Shown here: in pieces, positions 18,778 to 27,319 of the stretch
Layout: the number at the start of each line of letters is the position of its first letter
Numbering within the stretch: the first letter of the stretch is position 1
DNA from: Planctomycetota bacterium
GTDB lineage: Bacteria > Planctomycetota > PLA2 > JAEUHO01
Length of the DNA stretch: 64,000 nucleotides
NCBI GenBank assembly: GCA_020631815.1
Contig: JACKGW010000003.1
Span: 175,169-239,168, forward strand
Direction of reading: 5' to 3'
Notes under the pieces: model-generated
Databases searched by the model: none
Told to the model about the DNA's origin: nothing
The model's input: only the letters and a program-made list of their open reading frames with translations
Position numbers and translations under genes: made by a program

Positions 18778-19320
18778 CTACTCGCAGCCGTCCATGAGCT
18801 GCTCGAGACCTTCGGGGGTGACGTTCGCGTGCGCGACGCCGTCGAGCCAGATCGCCGGGGCCTGCTCGCAGAGGCCCAGGCACTCCATGTCCTTCACGAG
18901 GAAGCGTCCGTCTTCGCCTACCTCGCCCGTGCGCGTGCACCCGGCCTTGTCCAGCGCCTTCGCGCGCAGCTCCGGCGCGCCGCGGCGCCAGCACGAGAGC
19001 GTGCGGCAGACCCACAGCTCGTGGCGGCCGGCGGGCTTCGTGTTGTACATGCTGTAGAACGTCAGCACGCCGTGCACGTGGGCCGGGCTCAGGTCGAGGT
19101 ACGCCGCGACACCGGCCTCGAGCTCGGGCGAGACCCAGCCGCCGCCGAAGGCTTGCGCCTCGTGCAGGATCGGCAGGAGCGCGGCCATCTTGGTGGGGTA
19201 ACGCGCGAGGATCTTCTCGCAGGTCGCCTTCAGCTCGGCCGGCGGGAAGGAGGCGGGCACGACCGCGGGTGCGCGGGGTGCGACGTCCTTGGGCTCGGCG
19301 GCGGGTGCTCGCGGGTTCAC
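18778..19320 (-). CDS. nuoE: NADH-quinone oxidoreductase subunit E (2Fe-2S)
   Basis: Thioredoxin-like 2Fe-2S subunit (…LLPILHEAQ…VCRTLSCWRRG…CLGLCEQAP…). Start re-placed to GTG 19320 (GTGA overlap with the nuoD stop). Confidence 0.8.
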   Translation of the reverse strand: MNPRAPAAEPKDVAPRAPAVVPASFPPAELKATCEKILARYPTKMAALLPILHEAQAFGGGWVSPELEAGVAAYLDLSPAHVHGVLTFYSMYNTKPAGRHELWVCRTLSCWRRGAPELRAKALDKAGCTRTGEVGEDGRFLVKDMECLGLCEQAPAIWLDGVAHANVTPEGLEQLMDGCE

Positions 19321-20585
19321 TTGTCGCACTCCCCCATCACGAAGTCGATCGAGCCCAGGATGGCCACGATGTCGGCGACCAGGACGCCCGGCAGGAGCTC
19401 CTTGAGCACCTGCAGGTTGACGAACGACGGGGCCCGCATCTTGAGGCGCCACGGCGCGGCACCGCCTTCGCTGCGGATGTAGTAGCCGTGCTCGCCCTTG
19501 GGGTTCTCGATGTACGAGGCGATCTCGCCCGTGGGCGTGTCCATCTCGCCGGTGACGAGCATGAACTGGTGGATCAGCTGCTCCATGCCCGTGAGCACGT
19601 CGTGCTTGGCCGGCAGCACGAACTTGGGCTCGTCGGCGAGGTGCGGGCCGTCGGGCAGGCGATCGATGGCTTGCACCACGATGCGCGCCGACTGACGCAG
19701 CTCTTCGAGGCGCACGAGGTAGCGGTCGTAGGCGTCACCGTGCTGGCCGACGGGCACGTCGAAGTCGTACTGCTCGTAGCCGAAGTACGGGCGGTCCTTG
19801 CGCACGTCGTAGGGCACGCCGCTGCCACGCAGCACGGGGCCCGTCAAGCCGTAGGACAGCGCCATCTCACGCGGGATGATGCCGATGCCCTCGTTGCGGA
19901 TGCGCCAGATGCGGTTGCGGGTGAGCAGGTTCTCCCACGTGTCCACCTTCTTGTGGAACCCGTCGCAGAACTCGCGAACTTCGCGCAGCCAGCCGTCCTC
20001 GGCGTCACGCGCCACGCCGCCGATGCGCGTGAACGACGTGGTGAAGCGGGCGCCCGTCAGGAACTCGAAGAAGTTGTAGAGACGCTCGCGCTCCGTGAAC
20101 GTGTAGAGGAAGACGGTCATCGCCCCCACGTCCATGGAGTAGGCGCCGAGCCCCAGCAGGTGGGCGCTCATGCGCGCCAGCTCGCAGCAGATGACGCGCA
20201 AGCCCTGGGCGCGCGGCGGCGTGTCGATGCCGCAGACCCGCTCCGCCGCCAGCGCGATGGCGCAGTTGTTGGAGAGTGGGGCGAGGTAGTCGAGGCGGTC
20301 GGTGTAGGGGATGAAGCGGTGGTAGCCGAGCGTCTCGCCGAGCTTCTCCATGCCGCGGTGCAGGTAGCCGACGTCGGGCGTGGCCTTGAGCACGCGCTCG
20401 CCGTCGATCTCGAGCACGATGCGCAGCACACCGTGCGTGCTGGGGTGCGACGGGCCCATGTTGAGGACCATGCGCTCACCCAGGTCGTCGCCTTGGTCGA
20501 GGCGGATGTCCGGGTCCCAGGCCACGGCTTCCCGCGCAGCGGACGGGCGGGCGGCAGCGGGACCGGATTCGGGCGGGACGCTCAT
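19317..20585 (-). CDS. nuoD: NADH-quinone oxidoreductase subunit D
   Basis: 422 aa, 49-kDa subunit family (…MVLNMGPSHPSTHGVLRIVLE…, …GECDK C-terminus). Confidence 0.9.
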   Translation of the reverse strand: MSVPPESGPAAARPSAAREAVAWDPDIRLDQGDDLGERMVLNMGPSHPSTHGVLRIVLEIDGERVLKATPDVGYLHRGMEKLGETLGYHRFIPYTDRLDYLAPLSNNCAIALAAERVCGIDTPPRAQGLRVICCELARMSAHLLGLGAYSMDVGAMTVFLYTFTERERLYNFFEFLTGARFTTSFTRIGGVARDAEDGWLREVREFCDGFHKKVDTWENLLTRNRIWRIRNEGIGIIPREMALSYGLTGPVLRGSGVPYDVRKDRPYFGYEQYDFDVPVGQHGDAYDRYLVRLEELRQSARIVVQAIDRLPDGPHLADEPKFVLPAKHDVLTGMEQLIHQFMLVTGEMDTPTGEIASYIENPKGEHGYYIRSEGGAAPWRLKMRAPSFVNLQVLKELLPGVLVADIVAILGSIDFVMGECDK

Positions 20586-21041
20586 GAGCTCGGCACCCTC
20601 GGGGCGTAGATGGACCGCGGGGATTCCGCGGCGGCGGCGGTGGCGCGCAGGGTACGGCGGCAGTCCCTACGCGGCGAGCCGCGACCGGGGCGCCGACCCG
20701 CCCTGAACCCGGCGCCCGCGACCCTATGGAGGGCCAACTTCGGACCGTCTTGCGACCGACTCTCAGATCCGGGTGGCGGCCAGCACCGGGGGGGGCGTTG
20801 GCACCTGCACACAGGTTGGGCCGGGCACCGCTCGCGGCTCTCCTGCACCACGCACCGGGTCGTCGGGGCGAAGGCGCCAGCAAGCCATCGGCGACGACTC
20901 GTGGTCTGTTCACTCGAGGAGCCGAGCTTGGTCGCCGCTGCCACAGGCACGAGCAGCCGAGCCGTGCAGGCTGCGAGAGGCGAGCCCGCTGCCGGCGAGC
21001 ATCCGGCGAGCCGCACCGCCCCACCCCGGGGCATGAACGCA

Positions 21042-21584
21042 TCAATCTTGGAAGCGGAGGTGGCCCTGGAGTGGGAAGTCACGCCGCATGGGCCAGCCGT
21101 CGTAGTCCTCGGGCATGTAGATGCGCGTGAGGTCGGGGTGCCCGGAGAAGGGGATCCCGAACATGTCGTAGGTCTCGCGCTCGGCCCAGTTGGCGCTGTG
21201 CCAGAGCGGGGTCAGCGAGGGCACCGCGTCGCCCTCGGCGACCCGCGTCTTCAAGAGCAGCTCTTCCTGGGTCTCGAGGTTGACCAGGCTGGTCACCACG
21301 GTGAAGCGCGGCGTGCGGTCGGGGTAGTCGACGGCGGTGTGGTCGCGCAGGAAGACGAAGCCCGCGGCCTTCAGCGCCTTGTGGGCGTCCAGCCAGTGGT
21401 CCGTCGGGACGCGGGCGGCCGCGTAGCCGTGGCCCATCCAGGGCCGGCCGTCGGCGTGGGGCGCGTGCATCGACCACGCCGGGCCGAAGGCTGCCAGCGC
21501 GGTGCGGGCCGCCGCGGAGACCGAGTCGGGGGCCTCGTCGAGGTAGCGGATCGAGCCGGTGACGGAACGGGTGGCGCGGCTCAC
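21042..21584 (-). CDS. nuoC: NADH-quinone oxidoreductase subunit C
   Basis: 30-kDa subunit family (…[28 protein letters not shown]…). Start re-placed to GTG 21584 (GTGA overlap with the nuoB stop). The upstream part of the track ORF is out-of-context sequence. Confidence 0.8.
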   Translation of the reverse strand: MSRATRSVTGSIRYLDEAPDSVSAAARTALAAFGPAWSMHAPHADGRPWMGHGYAAARVPTDHWLDAHKALKAAGFVFLRDHTAVDYPDRTPRFTVVTSLVNLETQEELLLKTRVAEGDAVPSLTPLWHSANWAERETYDMFGIPFSGHPDLTRIYMPEDYDGWPMRRDFPLQGHLRFQD

Positions 21585-22258
21585 AGCAGCTCCTTGGGCT
21601 CGCGGCCGCGGCTGGCCGCCTTCTGGGGGCCTTCCTCGGCGAAGCGCTCGTTGCGGGTGGCCAGGGCCACGGGGGCGCCCTCGCCGCGACCGGGCAGCGC
21701 ATTGCGCTCGACAAGCGGCACGCGCCGCTCCTCCTTCGGGTTGTCCAGGCGCAGACGCCACGAGCGGTCCTCGTCGATCTTCTTCTGCAGCTCCATCAGG
21801 CACGTGAGCACCGCGTCGGGACGCGGCGGACAGCCCGGGATGTAGAAGTCGACGGGGATGAACTCGTCGATGCCCTGCACGACCGGGTAGCTGCGGAACA
21901 TGCCGCCGCTGGACGCGCACGCGCCCATGGCGATGACCCACTTGGGCTCGGCCATCTGGTCGTAGAGGCGCGTCATGACGTGCGCCATCTTGTAGGTGAG
22001 CGTGCCGGCCACGAGCAGCAGGTCGGCCTGGCGCGGCGAGAAGCGCGCCACCTCCATGCCGAAACGGGCCATGTCGTAGCGGCTGCACGCCGTGGCCATG
22101 AACTCGATGCCGCAGCAGGAAAGGCCCAAAGGAAGCGGCCAAACGCTGTTCTTGCGGCACCAGTTGGCCAGCGACTGCACGGACGTGAGCAGGAAGGAGC
22201 CTTCGCTGCTGCCGCTGGCCTCGAGGTGGTCGGCGGTCTGTGTAGCGGTGTCCGTCAT
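21581..22258 (-). CDS. nuoB: NADH-quinone oxidoreductase subunit B (with ~55-aa charged C-terminal extension)
   Basis: PSST family, with N2 cluster ligands …[11 protein letters not shown]…, …MGACASSGG…, …IPGCPPRP…. Confidence 0.9.
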   Translation of the reverse strand: MTDTATQTADHLEASGSSEGSFLLTSVQSLANWCRKNSVWPLPLGLSCCGIEFMATACSRYDMARFGMEVARFSPRQADLLLVAGTLTYKMAHVMTRLYDQMAEPKWVIAMGACASSGGMFRSYPVVQGIDEFIPVDFYIPGCPPRPDAVLTCLMELQKKIDEDRSWRLRLDNPKEERRVPLVERNALPGRGEGAPVALATRNERFAEEGPQKAASRGREPKELL

Positions 22259-22324
22259 CGCGTGTTCCTCCGGGACGCGGCCATGCCTACGCCCCGTCGT
22301 GCAGGGTATCCGGTGAGCTCGGGT

Positions 22325-22714
22325 TCAGTCGCGCGCCCAGTTCACGGCGCCCTTGCGGATCACGTACCACCAGCCCAGGAAGAGGATGCCGATGAAGACC
22401 AGCATCTCGAAGAACAGGAACTGGGGCATCTTGTTGAAGTGGACGGCCCACGGGTAGAGGAAGACCACTTCGATGTCGAACAGCACGAACAGGATCGCGA
22501 CGAGATAGAACTTCACGCTGAAGCGCTGGTGCGCGTCGCTGATCGGCGGCATGCCGCACTCGTACGCCGCGTCCTTCACCGGGTTGGTCGGCGCCTTCTG
22601 GCCGAGGATCCACGACGCCACCAGGTTCAGGGCCGCGAACCCCAAGGCGAAGAGCAGCATCACGAGCACGGGGACGTACTCGGCGATCTCGGACGCGGCG
22701 GCCAGAACCTGCAT
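22325..22714 (-). CDS. nuoA: NADH-quinone oxidoreductase subunit A
   Basis: ND3 family (…YECGMPP…FSVKFYLVAILFVLFDIEVVFLYPWA…). Start placed at internal ATG 22714 (MQVLAAASEIAEY…). The track ORF is over-extended to 22804. Confidence 0.8.
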   Translation of the reverse strand: MQVLAAASEIAEYVPVLVMLLFALGFAALNLVASWILGQKAPTNPVKDAAYECGMPPISDAHQRFSVKFYLVAILFVLFDIEVVFLYPWAVHFNKMPQFLFFEMLVFIGILFLGWWYVIRKGAVNWARD

Positions 22715-22796
22715 GGACGGCGACTCCCGGGGGCGGCCCGCCATTGAAGGGCGAGCGCCCCGCGCCCGCCACCTTGGCCCGACGGCCGTCCGCCAG

Positions 22797-22860
22797 CGAG
22801 CCATCTAGATGCACTCTACATCTATCTACGTATCCGATAGTTTCGATCCACTCTATCGAC
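22797..22860 (-). promoter_or_regulatory. AT-rich island upstream of nuoA (candidate nuo promoter/operator region)
   Basis: About 60 bp at roughly 42% G+C (hand count) in a ~70% G+C context, 85-145 nt upstream of the nuoA ATG. Contains the 10-bp palindrome CATCTAGATG (22802-22811), CACTCTA twice (22812-18, 22849-55) and several ATCTA motifs. Confidence 0.45.
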
Positions 22861-24859
22861 CCGACGATGCCGCGAGCGACACCGGCTCGTGGCTCCCGTC
22901 GCGGCGCAGCAGGTGCAGCCGGCCCGCGGCGAGCCCCGCGTAGCGCACCCGCGCCGCCCCGGGCGCCGGCCAGGTGACCTCGACGTCGCACGTGGCGGCC
23001 GTTCCCAGACCGACGTGCACGCGCGGGTCGTCGGTGCCGAGGAACGAGCTGCCACGGACCACCGGGAAGGTCTGCGTCCGCTCCCCCGCCGTCACCTCCA
23101 GGCGTGCGCCGACGCCTTCGCGGTTGGGGCCCGGCTGCTCGAGGGCCAGCTTGACCCAGGTGCCGGCGTCGCTCGACACGTTGTGCAACAGGGACGGCCG
23201 CTCGTTCATGTTGCCCACGAACACATCGACCCGACCGTCGTCGTCGTAGTCGCCGAAAGCGGCCCCGCGGCTGCTCGCCTCGATCTCGAGACCCGGCCCG
23301 GCATCGAGCGCACCCGCGTCGGCATCGGCCACGGGATGCCGGACCGCCTTGGCCCCCACCTCGCGGTACCCGAGCTCGTCCACGGCCATGCACTCGAAGA
23401 GCGCGTTCAGCTGCGCGTAGTGGCCGAGGCCATGGACCGTGTCCACCTCGTCGTAGACGTGGCCGTTGGCGATGAACAGGTCGAGGTCGGCGTCGTTGTC
23501 GAAGTCCTGCCAGCCCACGCCCCAGGAGAGGTCCAGGTAGGTGGCCGCGCCGATGAGCGCGAGCCCGCGGTCGCGGAAGAACACCGTCCCCGTGTGCTTG
23601 ACCCGCTTGGCTTTCCAGATGTTGCTGTAGTCGCGGCTGAAGTTGGTGGCGGCAAGATCGTAGAGTCCGTCTTGGTCGGCATCCGCTACCGCGGCGCCCA
23701 TGCTGGCTTGCGGGCTCTGGGTGTAGCCGAGCTTGACCCCGCGCGTATCGGACTCGTCCCGAAAGCGCGGCTTGCCCTCGACCGTCCTGGACTGGACCCA
23801 CAGGAAGTTCTCGACCGAGTCGTTGGCCACGAACACGTCAAGCAGCCCATCGCCCGTGAGATCCACGACGAGGACCTGGAAGCCGTACTGCGCCGCCCCT
23901 GGCACGAAGCCCCAGGCCGTGGTGACGTCCTCGAACGTGCCGTCCTCGCGCTGGCGCAGCACGACATCCGCTTGGGCGTCCATGCCCACGGGCCCGCAGT
24001 ACGTCGTGAGCCCTTGCCAGCGACAACCGCGCCCACCGATCTTGTCGGGTGGCGTGCCCGGCGGCAGGAGCGAGGCCTGGTTGGGGTCGCGGCGTCGCTT
24101 GTCGACCTCCGCCGCCGGATCGGCGTAGTGCGCGAGGTAGAGGTCGAGAAGGCCGTCGCCGTCGAGGTCGCCCGCGGCGGCGCACGTGGTCCACGCGGTC
24201 GCCGGCCCCGCGACGCCAAGCGCCTCGGCCACCTCCTCGAACGAGCCGTCGCCCCGGTTGCGCCAGAGCTGGTTGGGGCCGAAGCGGGCCACGAACACGT
24301 CGGTGTCGCCGTCGCCCTCGAGATCGAACGCGAGGGCGCCGAACGACCAGCCGCGCCCCGTGATGCCCGCGGCCTGCGTGACGTCTTCGAACGTGCCGTC
24401 CCCGCGGTTGCGCCACAGGGTGTCGCCACCGGGGGCCGCGGCGTCGGCGCGTCGCACGAGCATCGGGCGCAGCCGCCGTGTCCCCGGCTCGATGCCCTCG
24501 GTCAGCTCGTACGCGCCCAGGCCTTCGCCATCGGGCAGGAACAGGTCGAGGCGCCCGTCGCCGTCGTAGTCCAGCCACGCCGGGCCCGGCCCCATCGCCT
24601 CGATGAGGAACTCCTTCGTGCCGGGGCGGCCCGTGTGGTTCACCGCCGTGATGCCCGACGCGGCCGAGGCGTCGTCGAAGCGAAGGCGCGTGGGGCCGGC
24701 GCCGGCCCATTGCGTGACATCGCGGAGCAACCCGCCATCGACGCCAGCGCCCATGGGGTTCTCGAGCGGGTCCGCGCCACGCGGCGCCTGTTCGCCGCAG
24801 GCAACGAGCGCGAGGGCCAGCACGAACGCCGGGACGCAGGGCGGCAGCGCGCGCATCAC
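22853..24859 (-). CDS. CRTAC1-family lipoprotein (FG-GAP/VCBS repeats plus ASPIC/UnbV C-terminal domain)
   Basis: Lipobox ALALVAC-GEQ. Repeated DxDGDGxxD(L/V)(F/Y) motifs (DYDGDGRLDLFL, DLEGDGDTDVFV, DLDGDGLLDLYL, DLTGDGLLDVFV). The UnbV-like tail reads NREGVGARLEVTAGERTQ…GSSFLGTDDPRVHVGLG. Start is GTG 24859 (GTGA overlap with the lon stop) or ATG 24856. Confidence 0.85.
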   Translation of the reverse strand: MMRALPPCVPAFVLALALVACGEQAPRGADPLENPMGAGVDGGLLRDVTQWAGAGPTRLRFDDASAASGITAVNHTGRPGTKEFLIEAMGPGPAWLDYDGDGRLDLFLPDGEGLGAYELTEGIEPGTRRLRPMLVRRADAAAPGGDTLWRNRGDGTFEDVTQAAGITGRGWSFGALAFDLEGDGDTDVFVARFGPNQLWRNRGDGSFEEVAEALGVAGPATAWTTCAAAGDLDGDGLLDLYLAHYADPAAEVDKRRRDPNQASLLPPGTPPDKIGGRGCRWQGLTTYCGPVGMDAQADVVLRQREDGTFEDVTTAWGFVPGAAQYGFQVLVVDLTGDGLLDVFVANDSVENFLWVQSRTVEGKPRFRDESDTRGVKLGYTQSPQASMGAAVADADQDGLYDLAATNFSRDYSNIWKAKRVKHTGTVFFRDRGLALIGAATYLDLSWGVGWQDFDNDADLDLFIANGHVYDEVDTVHGLGHYAQLNALFECMAVDELGYREVGAKAVRHPVADADAGALDAGPGLEIEASSRGAAFGDYDDDGRVDVFVGNMNERPSLLHNVSSDAGTWVKLALEQPGPNREGVGARLEVTAGERTQTFPVVRGSSFLGTDDPRVHVGLGTAATCDVEVTWPAPGAARVRYAGLAAGRLHLLRRDGSHEPVSLAASSGR

Positions 24860-27237
24860 TCGTCGTCGGGCAGGAGCAGGCTGAGCAAGGTGGTGTCGAT
24901 GTTCTCGCGCACGTCCTTCGTGAACCGCAGCGTGAGCGCCGCTTGCACCTCGGGCGGGATCTCGGCCAGGTCACGCCGGTTGCCCTCGGGCAACAGCACC
25001 GTCTGGATCCCGGCACGGTGGGCGGCCAGTACCTTCTCCTTGACGCCCCCCACCGCGAGGACGCGGCCCTTGAGCGTGATCTCGCCCGTCATGGCCACGT
25101 CGGGCCGTGCGGGCCGGCCCGTGAAGAGGCTCGCAAGGCACGTGGCGATCGTGACGCCCGCACTCGGCCCGTCCTTGGGCGTGGCGCCGTCGGGCACGTG
25201 CACGTGCACGTCGTGGGTGCGGATGCGCTCCGGGTCGATGTCCAGCTCGCGGGCCTTGGAGCGCACGTACGTGAACGCGGCCTCCGCGCTCTCGCGCATG
25301 ACCTCGCCGAGCCGTCCGGTCACCTTCACGTGACCGCTGCCCGGGACGAGCGTGGCCTCGATGAACAGCAAGTCGCCGCCCGCCGGGGTCCACGCCAGAC
25401 CGGCCGTGACCCCGACCGCGGCATCGCGCGAACGGACCGTCGGCTCGTGCGACGGCGGACCCAGGCGCTCCGCCACACGCTCGGGGGTCATCACCAGCTT
25501 GCCCTTGCCCTCTGGACCGCCCTGCGCGACCTCCAGCGCACGGCGACGCGCAAGGCGTGCCAGCTGGCGGCGCAAGCCACGCACGCCGGCTTCCCGCGTG
25601 TAGCGGTCGATCAGGTCCAGGATTGCGGCGTCCTCGAACACGAGGCGCCGCGTGGTGAGGCCCGTTTCCTCGAGCACGGCCGGTACCAGGTGGCGCTTGG
25701 CGATGGCCAGCTTCTCCAGCCGCGTGTAGCCCGGCAGGTGCACGATCTCCATGCGGTCGCGCAGCGGGCCGGGGATGGTGCTCACGTCGTTGGCCGTGGC
25801 CATGAAGAACACGTGCGACAGGTCGTAGGGCACGTCCAGGTAGTGGTCGGTGAAGGCCTCGTTCTGGGACGGGTCGAGCACCTCCAGCAGCGCACTGGAC
25901 GGATCGCCCCGCGCGTCCGCGCCCATCTTGTCGATCTCGTCGATGAGGAAGAGGCAGTCGGCGCTACCGGCTCGACGGATGGTCTGCAGGATCTTGCCGG
26001 GCATCGCGCCCACGTACGTGCGCCGGTGCCCGCGGATCTCGCTCTCGTCGCGCACGCCGCCCACGCTGAACCGCGCGAAGGGTCGGCCCATGGCGTCGGC
26101 CACGCTGCGCCCGAGGCTGGTCTTGCCCACGCCCGGCGGGCCGACGAGGCAGAGCACGGGCGCGCGCGGATCGTTGGCCAACCGCTGCACGGCCAAGTGC
26201 TCGAGAATGCGCTCCTTCACGTCTTGCAGGCCGTAGTGCGCCGCATCGAGCACGTGGCGGGCCTTGCGCAGGTTGACGCGCCCGCGCGCCGGCACCTCCC
26301 AGGGCAGGTCGAGCAGCCACTGCACGTAGGTGCGCACCACGTGCTGCTCGCCGCTGGCCTGCGGCATGCTCCCGAGGCGCTCGACTTCGCGCAGCGCGAT
26401 CTCTTCCACGGCCTCCGGCAGGCCACGGGCCTCGACGGCTTCGCGCAGCGCTTCCGCTTCGGCGGCCGTGTCGCCGCCCTCGCCCAGCTCGCGATGGATG
26501 GCCCTGAGCTGCGCGCGCAGCAGCTGCTCGCGTTGGCGCGCGGTGAGCTCGGCCTTCACGCGCGCGCCGACCTCCTCTTGCACCTGGTTGCGGGCCAAGG
26601 CCTCGGCGAGGGCTTCCTCGACGATCTGCAGGCGTTCGCGCACGGTCGGTGCGGCCAGCAGGTGACGCTTCAGCTCGAGCGGCAACCGCAGGTGGGCGCC
26701 GAGCAAGTCGGCGAAGCGGCCTGCGCCGGAGATGTTCATGCGCAGGATGTTGACCATCTCGGGCGGGTAGCCGCCCTCCGCCTGCACGAGCTCGTCCACC
26801 AGCTCCATGCAGCGCACGATCCGCGCGTCGATGTCGGCCCCCTTGGGCTCGTGGTCGTCGACCGGGCTGACGCGGAACTCCAGGTAGGGCTCGGCGCGAA
26901 CGACCTCCTCCAGCCGGATGCGCCCCAGGCCCTGCAGCACGACCTGCACCGTGTCGTTGGGCATGCGCATGCGGTGGATGACGCGGCAGGCCACGCCGAT
27001 CGGCAGGAAGTCCTCCAGGCGCTCGGCGAGGCGCCCTTCGGGCTCGGGCTCGCGCGGCAGGAAGCACGCGATGATCGCCGCGTCGCCCGGCGTCTCGTCG
27101 AGCATGTGGCGGCTGCGCGGCCGGTCGATGGGCACGCTCACGACATCGAACGGAAACACGACCGTGCTGGCCAAGCGCAGGCCCGGCAGCTCGTCGGGGA
27201 TCGGGGTGCGATCGGCAGCGGCTTCGGGATCGACCAT
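24856..27237 (-). CDS. lon: ATP-dependent Lon protease
   Basis: Walker A GPPGVGKTSLGRS, the protease serine context PKDGPSAGVTIATCLASL, and VGGVKEKVLAAHRAG. Start placed at ATG 27237 (MVDPEAAADRTPIPDELP…). The track ORF is over-extended. Confidence 0.9.
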   Translation of the reverse strand: MVDPEAAADRTPIPDELPGLRLASTVVFPFDVVSVPIDRPRSRHMLDETPGDAAIIACFLPREPEPEGRLAERLEDFLPIGVACRVIHRMRMPNDTVQVVLQGLGRIRLEEVVRAEPYLEFRVSPVDDHEPKGADIDARIVRCMELVDELVQAEGGYPPEMVNILRMNISGAGRFADLLGAHLRLPLELKRHLLAAPTVRERLQIVEEALAEALARNQVQEEVGARVKAELTARQREQLLRAQLRAIHRELGEGGDTAAEAEALREAVEARGLPEAVEEIALREVERLGSMPQASGEQHVVRTYVQWLLDLPWEVPARGRVNLRKARHVLDAAHYGLQDVKERILEHLAVQRLANDPRAPVLCLVGPPGVGKTSLGRSVADAMGRPFARFSVGGVRDESEIRGHRRTYVGAMPGKILQTIRRAGSADCLFLIDEIDKMGADARGDPSSALLEVLDPSQNEAFTDHYLDVPYDLSHVFFMATANDVSTIPGPLRDRMEIVHLPGYTRLEKLAIAKRHLVPAVLEETGLTTRRLVFEDAAILDLIDRYTREAGVRGLRRQLARLARRRALEVAQGGPEGKGKLVMTPERVAERLGPPSHEPTVRSRDAAVGVTAGLAWTPAGGDLLFIEATLVPGSGHVKVTGRLGEVMRESAEAAFTYVRSKARELDIDPERIRTHDVHVHVPDGATPKDGPSAGVTIATCLASLFTGRPARPDVAMTGEITLKGRVLAVGGVKEKVLAAHRAGIQTVLLPEGNRRDLAEIPPEVQAALTLRFTKDVRENIDTTLLSLLLPDDE

Positions 27238-27319
27238 CGACCCGATCCTACGATCGGTTTGGCGATCTGCGGCCCGCCACGCACGCGCCGTCCCGCCGCG
27301 GCCATGGCACAACGTGGCC

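Noticed and set aside
15957-18797. 946-aa plus-strand ORF antisense to nuoG/nuoF. Similar antisense giants lie at 22889..25333, 24943..27354, 33746..36079 and 46447..48183.
   Set aside because: Each lies opposite genes with unmistakable family signatures (Nuo, CRTAC1, Lon, ABC permeases, GroEL). Their compositions are dominated by R/A/G/V/D/H typical of reverse-frame GC-rich DNA.
20582-21082. Minus-strand ORF (166 aa; 150 aa from the internal Met at 21034) that fills the nuoC-nuoD spacer and ends in an ATGA overlap with nuoD
   Set aside because: By hand count its GC3 is about 79%, against more than 90% in the flanking nuo genes. It uses rare codons (AGG, AGT, CAA, CGA, TTG), is Arg/Cys/Pro-rich and has no recognisable motif. 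The ATGA ending follows automatically from nuoD's second codon. It is kept only as something to test under the spacer finding.
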